Positions 47,227-55,789 of a stretch of 64,000 bases of DNA are shown one piece after another. Each line of letters begins with the position of its first letter. The stretch's first letter is position 1. The stretch is taken from the NCBI GenBank assembly GCA_021159365.1, contig JAGGRY010000043.1, forward strand, positions 6,418-70,417, given 5' to 3'. The translations under genes and the position numbers were made by a program. A model generated the notes under the pieces. That model saw only the letters and a list, made by a program, of their open reading frames with translations. It was not told the DNA's origin and searched no databases. The stretch is from Nitrososphaerota archaeon. GTDB lineage: Archaea; Thermoproteota; Nitrososphaeria_A; Caldarchaeales; Wolframiiraptoraceae.

Positions 47227-48948
47227 ATGTCGATGGAGCTCGAAAAGATCGTGTTGAAGTGGGCTTTGAAGAACGCCGTTGACCACGATGGAAAGGCGAT
47301 GACCGGGCCGGTTATAGCAAAGGTGATTGGAGAGAATCCTGAGCTAAAGAAGGATGTTAGGAGGATTAAGGAAATTGTCGAGGAAGTAGTTGAGATGGTG
47401 AATTCGATGAAACTTGAAGAGCAGCGGGAGATGCTCATGGAGATCGCTCCAGAACTATTGGAGAGGAAGAAGGTTGAGGAGAAGAAGCTTCCACCCTTGC
47501 CCAATGCTGAGAAGGGAAAGGTCGTCACGAGACTTCCACCTGAGCCGAGCGGATACATGCATATAGGCCATGGAATGAGCGGTCTGCTGAATTATCTCTA
47601 CGCTAAGATGTATGATGGATTTGTTTGGCTTAGATTCGAGGATACAGATCCCAGGAAAGTTAAGCCTGAATACTATGAAAGCTTCAGACGCGGGTATAGA
47701 TGGCTTGGAATAGAATGGGATGACGAGAAGAATAACAGCGATGACCTTGAATTGTTTTACAAATATGCTGAGAAGTTGATCAAGCTCGGCAAAGCATATG
47801 TCTGTAGGTGTCCGATTGAGAGGATCAGGAGATTTAGGAGAGAGATGAAGGAATGTGAGCATAGATCTCAAGGAGTTGACGAAAACCTAGATTTATGGAA
47901 TAGAATGCTTGGAGGAGAATTTGGAGAGGGTGAGGCGATTCTCAGACTTAAGGGAGATATGAGGAGCAAGAATACTGTGATGAGAGATCCAGCTCTCTTC
48001 AGGATAATAGATCATCCACATCCATTAACTGGTAAGAGATATAAGGTCTGGCCTCTTTACGATTTCGCGGTCTCGATCGAGGATCATGTATGCGGTGTAA
48101 CCCATGTTCTCAGAACGAGCGAGTTCGCTCTAAGAGATGAACTACAGAACTATATTAGAGAACTTCTCGGAATGAGCAACCCAATCTATGTCGAGTATTC
48201 TAGATTTGAGTTTAAGGGGACTCCTGTGTCGAAGAGAAAACTCAGGGCATTAATCGAGACCGGGATCGCTTCACGCTGGGATGATCCAAGGTTTCCCACA
48301 ATCGATGGAATTAGGAGGAGGGGAATTCTACCAGAGGCGATAAAGGAGTTCACGATAACCCAAACAGGATTCTCCTATGCGAAGAGAGAATATGATTGGA
48401 GCCTATTATTCGCGATAAATAGAAGACTTCTCGATCCCAAGGCTAGAAGACTCTTCTTCACGCCGAATCCCGTGAAGCTGCTCGTGGAAGGATCTCCTAA
48501 GATCTCCGTCGACGTTCCATACCATCCAGATAATAGGGAGCTTGGATCTAGGAAGATCGAAGCTGATGGAGAGTTCTATATCTCCGGCGGGGATTTTGAG
48601 GAGATGAAGGTAGGTGACGTCCTTAGATTGAAGTATCTTATGAACTTGAAGATACTCGAAAAGAAAAGAGAACATGTTAGAGCGGAGTTTCTAAGCAGAG
48701 AACCGATGAAGAATATCAAGATAATTCAGTGGGTTCCGGTTGACGAGGCCGTCAGGGTCAGGGTTATGGTTCCAGACATATTATACATAAATGACGAGGT
48801 AAATCCAAACAGTCTGAAAATCATTAATGGATTCGGAGAGAGGGCGGTCGAGGACGTGAAGGTTGATGAGATAGTTCAATTCGAGCGATTTGGATTCTGT
48901 AGAAGGGATCTGGAGCCTGAGCCTCTATTCATTAAGGCACATGATTAG
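47227..48948 (+). CDS. gltX: glutamyl-tRNA synthetase (archaeal type)
   Basis: RLPPEPSGYMHIGH (HIGH), class I core, VSKRKL (KMSKS-like), and a C-terminal beta-barrel anticodon-binding region. Confidence 0.9.
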   Translation: MSMELEKIVLKWALKNAVDHDGKAMTGPVIAKVIGENPELKKDVRRIKEIVEEVVEMVNSMKLEEQREMLMEIAPELLERKKVEEKKLPPLPNAEKGKVVTRLPPEPSGYMHIGHGMSGLLNYLYAKMYDGFVWLRFEDTDPRKVKPEYYESFRRGYRWLGIEWDDEKNNSDDLELFYKYAEKLIKLGKAYVCRCPIERIRRFRREMKECEHRSQGVDENLDLWNRMLGGEFGEGEAILRLKGDMRSKNTVMRDPALFRIIDHPHPLTGKRYKVWPLYDFAVSIEDHVCGVTHVLRTSEFALRDELQNYIRELLGMSNPIYVEYSRFEFKGTPVSKRKLRALIETGIASRWDDPRFPTIDGIRRRGILPEAIKEFTITQTGFSYAKREYDWSLLFAINRRLLDPKARRLFFTPNPVKLLVEGSPKISVDVPYHPDNRELGSRKIEADGEFYISGGDFEEMKVGDVLRLKYLMNLKILEKKREHVRAEFLSREPMKNIKIIQWVPVDEAVRVRVMVPDILYINDEVNPNSLKIINGFGERAVEDVKVDEIVQFERFGFCRRDLEPEPLFIKAHD

Positions 48949-48974
48949 GCTTGGGCGTGATCAGTATCTCCACC

Positions 48975-49562
48975 CTAACGCTTAACGCAGTTTTCCAACA
49001 ACTTTCTAATCTTAACTAACTCGTCTAGGATTCTCTGATCTAGCTCTTCTTCCTCGAAGACCTCGACCGCCGCGGGCTTCCTCTTCTTAACGAAGCTCAT
49101 TATCAGGTCTCTAAGCTCTTCGAATCTCTCTATTCCATCGAGCCTAAGCTCCGCCCTCGCCTTTCCCGCAGAATATCCAGCCGTTTGTATCTTCAGCGAC
49201 GCTATTCCAAGCCTCCTTGAGATCGGGCCTTGAGCTACGTCTATATTCGTTATCCTATTGTATGGCACTATCCCCGTATACTTGAACCAAACTCCCCTCC
49301 TCCAAATTATCTCATGCTCCGTGAGCTTGTAGGCTATCGAGTTATAGTATTTTGGAATCCATGCTCCAGCAAAGATGATCATCGGAATAAATACGAGTGA
49401 TATGGGGACCGAGGCTACAGGTGGAGCAAGGATCACCATGGGAATATACCATGGAAGGAACCCGATGATTATCGTGAAGAGATAATATATGAAGTAAAGT
49501 TTCATGAACTTCGGAGACGGCTTAAACTCTTCTCCGATTCTTATCTCATGTAATTCACCCAT
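48975..49562 (-). CDS. bPH_2 (YdbS/YdbT-like, DUF304) membrane protein
   Basis: Two TM helices followed by YKLTEHEIIWRRGVWFKYTGIVPYNRITNIDVAQGPISRRLGIASLKIQTAG. The ATG at 49562 avoids overlap with fni. Confidence 0.7.
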   Translation of the reverse strand: MGELHEIRIGEEFKPSPKFMKLYFIYYLFTIIIGFLPWYIPMVILAPPVASVPISLVFIPMIIFAGAWIPKYYNSIAYKLTEHEIIWRRGVWFKYTGIVPYNRITNIDVAQGPISRRLGIASLKIQTAGYSAGKARAELRLDGIERFEELRDLIMSFVKKRKPAAVEVFEEEELDQRILDELVKIRKLLENCVKR

Positions 49563-49593
49563 AATTCTCCATCCAGTATGCTCTTCGCCCTTT

Positions 49594-50652
49594 TTAAACC
49601 TTTGAAGCTCTCTGCTTCTTCCACTCGGATAATGGTCCAAGTATAACGTGAGGAGAATTCTTCAATTCATCTATATTTTTGCAGCCCGTTAAGAACATGG
49701 CCGCCTTCAACTCGGATCGCAATCTCCTCAAAATCTTCTCCACACTTTCAACGTTTTCAGTTGCAGGTCTCAGCAACGGGTGAGCCGCGCCCGCCATATC
49801 CGCTCCTATCGACAATGCTTTTGCTACATCGAGCCCGCTTCTAATTCCTCCTGATCCTATCACCTCTATCTTGACTACTGAGGATACCTCGATTATGGAT
49901 GCAGCCGTTGGTATTCCCCATTCTAGAAACGTCTTCGCCACGTCCTTTCTCTCGTCATCTTCTTCTCTCAGTCTAAGCATCTCGATTTTCGCCCAACATG
50001 TTCCACCAGCGCCCGCCACATCTATCGCTCTAACACCGGCGCCTTCAAGTAATTTTGCAACCTCTGAGGATATTCCGCATCCGACTTCCTTCACGATCAC
50101 GGGAACATCCAGTCTCTCACATGCTTTCTCAATCATCTTCAACACATCTCTAAACTCTGTTGACCCCTCGGGTTGGATTAATTCTTGAAGTGGATTTAGA
50201 TGTATTGAGATGGCGTTCGCTTCTATCATCTCAACAGCTTTTTCAGCGACCTCAACTCCATCCTTGACGAGCTGAACACCGCTGAGATTCGCTATTAGGA
50301 AGAGGTTTGGAGCCCTTTCACGAGCAACCTTAAACGTGTATTCAAACTTCTCATCTTCTATAGCTGCTCTCTGGCTCCCGACCTCCATGGGGATCGAGAA
50401 CCTCTCAGCCGCCTCCGCCAAGTTTCCATTTATCTTAGCTGCTTCGGGGATTCCCCCCGTCATGGCCTCTATTAGAAATGGCATTCCAAATGTCTTCCCA
50501 AGAAAACTTGTCTCGGTTGAGATTTCATCCAGATTTAATTCAGGCAACGCTCTATGTATGAGCTCCACATATTCAAGCCAAGTGGTCTTCTCCTCAAAGC
50601 TCACATCAAGCTCTAAGCTCAGCTTCAAGTGATCTCTTTTCCTCAAGTTCAT
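49594..50652 (-). CDS. fni: isopentenyl-diphosphate delta-isomerase, type 2 (FMN-dependent)
   Basis: LEYVELIHRALPE..., MTGG, NLSG, VIVKEVGCGIS, IDVAGAGGTCWA and GSGGIRSGLDVAKALSIGA. Confidence 0.9.
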   Translation of the reverse strand: MNLRKRDHLKLSLELDVSFEEKTTWLEYVELIHRALPELNLDEISTETSFLGKTFGMPFLIEAMTGGIPEAAKINGNLAEAAERFSIPMEVGSQRAAIEDEKFEYTFKVARERAPNLFLIANLSGVQLVKDGVEVAEKAVEMIEANAISIHLNPLQELIQPEGSTEFRDVLKMIEKACERLDVPVIVKEVGCGISSEVAKLLEGAGVRAIDVAGAGGTCWAKIEMLRLREEDDERKDVAKTFLEWGIPTAASIIEVSSVVKIEVIGSGGIRSGLDVAKALSIGADMAGAAHPLLRPATENVESVEKILRRLRSELKAAMFLTGCKNIDELKNSPHVILGPLSEWKKQRASKV

Positions 50653-50718
50653 GATTCTTCCGATAAAGGAGGATGAAGAATGATAAATATTTGCGGATCC
50701 AATACTCGATGTGGAAGT

Positions 50719-51567
50719 ATGGGTAGGAGGATGCCAGCGGTAGCTGGAGCATTTTATCCGTCATCGGCTGAGAGTCTTAGGATGGAGATAGAGAACTGCT
50801 TCCAACATAGGATTGGACCTGGGAGGCTGCCAAAGCACGTTATGGGTGAGCGTAAGCCGCCGTCCCTGATCTCTCCGCATGCTGGTTACATCTATTCCGG
50901 CCCTGTTGCGGCTCATAGCTATCTCCAGCTTGAGGATAGGATGAGACCCGAGGTGGTCGTGGTTTTGGGGCCAAATCATTATGGAGTTGGGTCAGCCGTC
51001 TCGATTTATCCTGAGGGAGAATGGATCACGCCTTTTGGAAGCGTTAAGATCGATGAAAAGCTTGCGTTGAGGCTCGCCGAACTCTCAGATATATTCACTC
51101 TTGATGAAGTTTCACATCTCAGAGAGCATTCGATAGAGGTTCAGATACCGTTTCTCCAATATGTTCTCGGAGGATTCAAGCTTCTCCCAATATGTCTATT
51201 GGATCAAGGACTTAAGACCTGTCTTGAGGTGGGTAGATGCCTTGCAGAGGCCTTGAGAGATTATGAGAGCTTTTTACTAGTCGCTTCAACAGATCTAACC
51301 CACTATGAACCTGATGAGATCGCAAAAGAGAAGGATTCACTAGCTCTGGAGAAGGTTCGAGAACTAGATATCGAGGGACTCTATCAAGTAATCCGTGAAA
51401 ACGACATCTCCATGTGCGGATACGGCGCAGTCGCCGCAGTCCTCGAAGCATCTAAAAGACTTGGAGCAAAGAAGGCTGAGATCTTAAAGTATGCGACGAG
51501 TGGGGATGTAACTGGTGATAGGAGCGCCGTCGTCGGCTATGCGGCGGTCAAGATAGAGCTTGAATGA
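50719..51567 (+). CDS. MEMO1 family protein (AmmeMemoRadiSam system protein B-like)
   Basis: PAVAGAFYP, SPHAGYIYSGPVAAHSY, GPNHYG, EHSIEVQIPFLQY and STDLTHYEP motifs. The partner AMMECR1 and radical SAM genes are not adjacent. Confidence 0.8.
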   Translation: MGRRMPAVAGAFYPSSAESLRMEIENCFQHRIGPGRLPKHVMGERKPPSLISPHAGYIYSGPVAAHSYLQLEDRMRPEVVVVLGPNHYGVGSAVSIYPEGEWITPFGSVKIDEKLALRLAELSDIFTLDEVSHLREHSIEVQIPFLQYVLGGFKLLPICLLDQGLKTCLEVGRCLAEALRDYESFLLVASTDLTHYEPDEIAKEKDSLALEKVRELDIEGLYQVIRENDISMCGYGAVAAVLEASKRLGAKKAEILKYATSGDVTGDRSAVVGYAAVKIELE

Positions 51568-51614
51568 TAGAAATAGTTAAGAGTTATTAGGTGATTCTCC
51601 ACGATGGATTCAGG

Positions 51615-51854
51615 ATGAGCAAAAGAGCGAGAGAAAGGGCCAGAGCTGAAAGAGAGGAACAGCCTGTTCCAGCGGTGGTCGAGCAGATAGTTGGTAGAAC
51701 TGGGGTAACCGGCGAAGTCACTCAGGTCAGGGTCAGGATCCTTGAGGGAAGGGATGCTGGGAGAGTTATATCGAGAAATGTTAAGGGACCTGTTAGAGTC
51801 GGAGACATCTTAATACTCTTGGATACGGAGAGAGAGGCTGAAAAGATAAAGTGA
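51615..51854 (+). CDS. rps28e: 30S ribosomal protein S28e
   Basis: [59 protein letters not shown]. Confidence 0.9.
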   Translation: MSKRARERARAEREEQPVPAVVEQIVGRTGVTGEVTQVRVRILEGRDAGRVISRNVKGPVRVGDILILLDTEREAEKIK

Positions 51855-51914
51855 GCATTGAGAATCTTCATTAGATAGATTATTTTTGGTGGTTTGAGGT
51901 TAGGGGAATAAGCC

Positions 51915-52109
51915 ATGCCGACCAAGCATAGATGTGCATTCTGTGGCCGAGATTTCCTCCATGGAAAGGGAATACTCTACGTTAAACGTGATGGAACTCA
52001 GCTCTGGTTCTGCTCAAGAAAATGTAAGGTTAGTATGATAGATTTTAAGCGTGATCCAAGGAAGTTTAAGTGGACGAAGTATTACGGGACTGAGCGAAGA
52101 GGGGGATAG
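51915..52109 (+). CDS. rpl24e: 50S ribosomal protein L24e
   Basis: [33 protein letters not shown] zinc-finger pattern. Confidence 0.9.
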   Translation: MPTKHRCAFCGRDFLHGKGILYVKRDGTQLWFCSRKCKVSMIDFKRDPRKFKWTKYYGTERRGG

Positions 52110-52140
52110 GCTAAAATTCACCCCTCACATTTAGATCGGC

Positions 52141-52566
52141 ATGGAAGTTGAGAGAACATTCGTTATGCTTAAGCCGAGTTGTATACAGAGGGGATTCATA
52201 GGAGAAGTCATATCGAGGTTTGAGAAGAAGGGGCTAAAGATAATTCAATTGAAGGTTGAGAAGCTTAGCAGAGAAAAGGCCGAAAAACTGTATGAAGTTC
52301 ATCGGGGAAAACCATTCTATGAAAACCTGATAAACACAGTCGCGGGAAAAACCGTGGTCCTGATGATTCTGGAGGGCAGGAAGGCGATAAGCGTCGTCAG
52401 AAAACTCGTTGGAGCAACTGATCCAGCGGAAGCAGAGGCTGGAACCATTAGAGGAGATCTAGCGATAGAGCTTACCGACAATCTTATCCATGCAGCCGAT
52501 AGTCCAGAATCTTATCAAAGGGAGCATAGGATATTCTTCTCCGAGGACGAGCTTGAGACCTATTAA
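52141..52566 (+). CDS. ndk: nucleoside diphosphate kinase
   Basis: ERTFVMLKPSCIQRGFIGEVISRFEKKGLKI...GATDPAEAEAGTIRGD...NLIHAADS (active-site His). Confidence 0.9.
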   Translation: MEVERTFVMLKPSCIQRGFIGEVISRFEKKGLKIIQLKVEKLSREKAEKLYEVHRGKPFYENLINTVAGKTVVLMILEGRKAISVVRKLVGATDPAEAEAGTIRGDLAIELTDNLIHAADSPESYQREHRIFFSEDELETY

Positions 52567-52656
52567 ATGGTTGGGAGCAGGGAGTTAACGTTCGACCTGC
52601 ATATCAATAGGTTTATATGAATGCTCATCGAGGCCGAAGCTCTCGCACACTCCATT

Positions 52657-52694
52657 CTCAGCCTAGTGGTTGCTTCCCTCGCCTAAAGGCTGAG
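52657..52694. other. intergenic stem-loop (8-bp perfect stem CTCAGCCT/AGGCTGAG, 22-nt loop)
   Basis: Read directly. It lies in the 180-nt ndk-to-ICMT spacer, downstream of a TTTATATG box at about 52611. Function unknown. Confidence 0.3.
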
Positions 52695-52747
52695 AAAATC
52701 TAATCTATAATAATTGCGAGGGCCACCACGGTCAGGGATAGGATCGT

Positions 52748-53227
52748 TTGAAGGATGAGAAGAATCTTCATCTAATTGGCCACATAATCTACATCACGTT
52801 GTATATCTCGTTAATCGCGTCCTCAATCATCTTCTATAACTCTGCAAATTTAGCTACATTATTATATGCTGGTTGGATCATCCTTGCCTGTGGTTTAGCC
52901 ATCCTGATAATCTCGAGCCAAACGCGGAGAAGAGCTCATAGGGTAAGTGAGACTCTCATTCAGAGCGGGATATATGCTTATGTGCGGCATCCAGAGTTCC
53001 TAGGCCATATGCTGATGATCATATCGTTAACCTTTATGGCGCAGCATCCTATCAGCGCGGCCATAGGGCTCGTGTTGCTTCTCCTATTATGCATCGAAAT
53101 TGTGGAAGAGGATAAGAGGAATATGGAGAAATTCGGCGATGCATACAAAGATTATATGAAAAAGGTTCCGAGAATAAATCTATTGGCTGGGATCATCAAG
53201 AGCATATGTGAGAGAAGATCTGAGTAA
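52748..53227 (+). CDS. isoprenylcysteine carboxyl / phospholipid methyltransferase-like membrane protein
   Basis: LIQSGIYAYVRHPEFLGHMLMIISL and EEDKRNMEKFGDAYKDYMKKVP match the ICMT/PEMT family C-terminal motif. TTG start. Confidence 0.7.
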   Translation: MKDEKNLHLIGHIIYITLYISLIASSIIFYNSANLATLLYAGWIILACGLAILIISSQTRRRAHRVSETLIQSGIYAYVRHPEFLGHMLMIISLTFMAQHPISAAIGLVLLLLLCIEIVEEDKRNMEKFGDAYKDYMKKVPRINLLAGIIKSICERRSE

Positions 53228-54542
53228 AGGAGTCGGGAAAGTGAGGAGAAGCGAGCATCGAAAACTCATTCTCCCCGTATTGCTGAAGGATGGGAAATTA
53301 ACTTTGAAGGAATTAGAGGAGAGAACCTTCACGTACACTTATCATTTCCATGCGTTTGGATATACTTTCCATAATAAACTGATAGGAAAACTATACAATC
53401 TCATTCCATGGCTTAAACATCCAGCGAAATGGCGTGAGACAGCCGAGGAAAAGGTAAACATCGAGATGGAGTGTAAACGCTTAATTGAGGATGGCCTGAT
53501 CAGATTAGGCGAAGATGGCAGGTATGAGCTGACCGAAAGCGGGAAGATGGAGGCGGAGAAAGTCGCAAGGGAAATGGCGGGGAAGGTGACCCTGCTTGAG
53601 AAACAGGTTTTAAGTTCGACTGCCGCGGCAAGGAACACCGTTATCACCAATGCATGTTTAGCGGTAATGAAGCTTTTAACGGGTCTACTTAGCGGTAGCG
53701 CTGGTTTAATCGCCGATGGAGCAGATGCTGCAATCGACACGATCTCCGCATCCGTAGTCTGGGTGGGAGAGAAGATTAGGAAAGAGGCTCTAGGGATGCT
53801 CGTAATAATCTTCATGATGTTCATAACCGCCATCAGTATAGGCTATGAATCTATCATGAGAATTGTGGGCATCATGACAGCGTCAGTCTCCCCGATTTCC
53901 TCTCCCTACTTAGTGATCTTAGTGGAAGGAGCGGCGCTTCTGATAGCCTGCTTTCTTTACCTTTACCAACGTTATGTTGGAGTGAGGAACGGAAGCCTAG
54001 TTCTAATATCTCAATCGATCGATTCCCGAAACCACATCTACATAGCCGTCGCAGTCATAGTGGGCGCCGCCTTCTCGACCTTTAACATAAATTTCGTTGA
54101 CGCTCTTGTTGGAGCATTCATTAGCATCAGAATCTTTAGAGACGGCGTTGAGCTATCAAGGGAAGTGGCCACATTTATTAAAGGAGAGGCCGTCGATCTC
54201 TCAAGATACGAAATACCGTTTCAAAAGCATTGGAAGTTAAGCAAGCTTGAGACATTTAGGATCTGGATCTTATACTCAATCGAGAACCGTCTAAACACGA
54301 AGGAAGCCTTAATCGAATCCTTGGAAAGGGTTTTCAGGCGGAGGTACTTTCCCACGTTAAGTGAATCTAGATATGCTATTGGCGAGGAAATCAACTTCGA
54401 GGAAGAATTCAATAACTTGATTAAACCATTGTTGGAGAATCGGCTCGTCGATGAGGAAGATGGAAAATTTATTCTAACGGAAACAGGTAAGAGACGGATT
54501 AGTGGCATATTTAGAAGCCTTAGATACCGTGAAATTGGATAA
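53208..54542 (+). CDS. cation-diffusion-facilitator-like membrane core flanked by wHTH-like soluble domains
   Basis: CDF TM1-2 pattern: NACLAVMKLLTGLLSGSAGLIADGADAAIDTIS. N-terminal KLTLKELEERT...LIEDGLIRLGEDGRYELTESGK and C-terminal LENRLVDEEDGKFILTETGKR look like winged-helix wings. Confidence 0.5.
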   Translation: MREDLSKGVGKVRRSEHRKLILPVLLKDGKLTLKELEERTFTYTYHFHAFGYTFHNKLIGKLYNLIPWLKHPAKWRETAEEKVNIEMECKRLIEDGLIRLGEDGRYELTESGKMEAEKVAREMAGKVTLLEKQVLSSTAAARNTVITNACLAVMKLLTGLLSGSAGLIADGADAAIDTISASVVWVGEKIRKEALGMLVIIFMMFITAISIGYESIMRIVGIMTASVSPISSPYLVILVEGAALLIACFLYLYQRYVGVRNGSLVLISQSIDSRNHIYIAVAVIVGAAFSTFNINFVDALVGAFISIRIFRDGVELSREVATFIKGEAVDLSRYEIPFQKHWKLSKLETFRIWILYSIENRLNTKEALIESLERVFRRRYFPTLSESRYAIGEEINFEEEFNNLIKPLLENRLVDEEDGKFILTETGKRRISGIFRSLRYREIG

Positions 54543-54961
54543 ACAAAGTGAAAGCACGGACTAGAGAACCTGAGAGGATATCAGGACAACTATAAAGTGG
54601 AAGTCTGAAACCAAGACCTAAGGAAAATTGAGATCAGAGTCTTGAGACATACCATAATATTCTTTAAGTTCTCCCAGATACAACTTACGTGAAGATGTCG
54701 TGATAGAAGGTAACAAGCTGCGGAAAATCGTCGTTTGCACTCTTTCGGCAATAGTAACGATAAGCGTGATAGCATATCTAAATACGCTACCGAAGCCAGT
54801 TTTCGAAAAACCATACTGGATTAGCATTATCGCATTGCCAGCTCATCGAGGCCTGGACTGCGCTTATAGGGAATGCCTTGAGTAATGTAGGATGAAGAAT
54901 GTTTTACCGAGTTGGTAGTTAATTTTATATACTATTTTTCATATCTTACCTCAGATGTAGT

Positions 54962-55189
54962 ATGGGGTTTGTGACCGTTTCTGCGAAGGTTCGGAGGGAG
55001 CTTTGGGAGAAGTTGAAGAGCTATGGGGTGAATATCAGCGAGGTGATCAGGCGTTCCCTCGAAGAAGAGATTAGGAGGAGGGAGGAAGAGGAGGCCAAAA
55101 GGCTTCTAGGAGAGGCATCTAAACATTTGAGGAAACTAAAGGAAGAAGAGATCATCGAGTCCATCAGGAAGAGCAGGGAGGAGCGATGA
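54962..55189 (+). CDS. vapB: VapB-type antitoxin
   Basis: 75 aa. MGFVTVSAKVRRELWEKLKSYGVNISEVIRRSLEEEI followed by a charged helix. Its stop overlaps the vapC ATG (ATGA). Confidence 0.7.
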   Translation: MGFVTVSAKVRRELWEKLKSYGVNISEVIRRSLEEEIRRREEEEAKRLLGEASKHLRKLKEEEIIESIRKSREER

Positions 55190-55617
55190 AGTATCTATTT
55201 GACGCGAGCGCTATCCTAAACCTAGTGAGGAGGCTTGGAGAGAGGTCGCTGAAGATCTTGAGAGGAAACTACATCCTCACGCTAACGATCTACGAGATTG
55301 GTAACGCATTATGGAGAGAGACGAAGCTATTGAAGAAGCTGACGGCGGATGAGGCGGAGGAGATAATGAGAGCAATCATAACATTAACAAACTTCATGCA
55401 GGTAATCGCGTTGGAGGACCCCGTAGAAGTGCTCAGAACATCTAACGAGATCGAGACGACATTCTATGACGCGGCATATGTAGTTACAGCGTTGAGAAAA
55501 GGTCTAACCCTTGTGACCGACGATAAGAGGCTGGCGGCGAAAATAGAAAGACATCGGGACATAATCCTAGAAGAATATGAAGGAGAATTGCATGTGATTG
55601 AATCGGCTGAACTATGA
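55186..55617 (+). CDS. vapC: VapC PIN-domain toxin
   Basis: PIN acidic residues: MKYLFDASAI (Asp), TIYEIGNALWRE (Glu), FYDAAYV (Asp), LVTDDKRL (Asp). Confidence 0.8.
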   Translation: MKYLFDASAILNLVRRLGERSLKILRGNYILTLTIYEIGNALWRETKLLKKLTADEAEEIMRAIITLTNFMQVIALEDPVEVLRTSNEIETTFYDAAYVVTALRKGLTLVTDDKRLAAKIERHRDIILEEYEGELHVIESAEL

Positions 55618-55789
55618 CGAGCCAAATACTAGCTAGGTAGTTCTCTAAGTTTTCACATATGACTGGAATAATTCTAAGACCTTCCGGTATGCGTATTTGT
55701 CTGGATTTCCACTTTCTCTCCAGGCCAGAGCTGTAGATGGCGGCCGACAAATGTTTATAGACTGAGAAAGTTTATGTAAGCTGAGAAAG

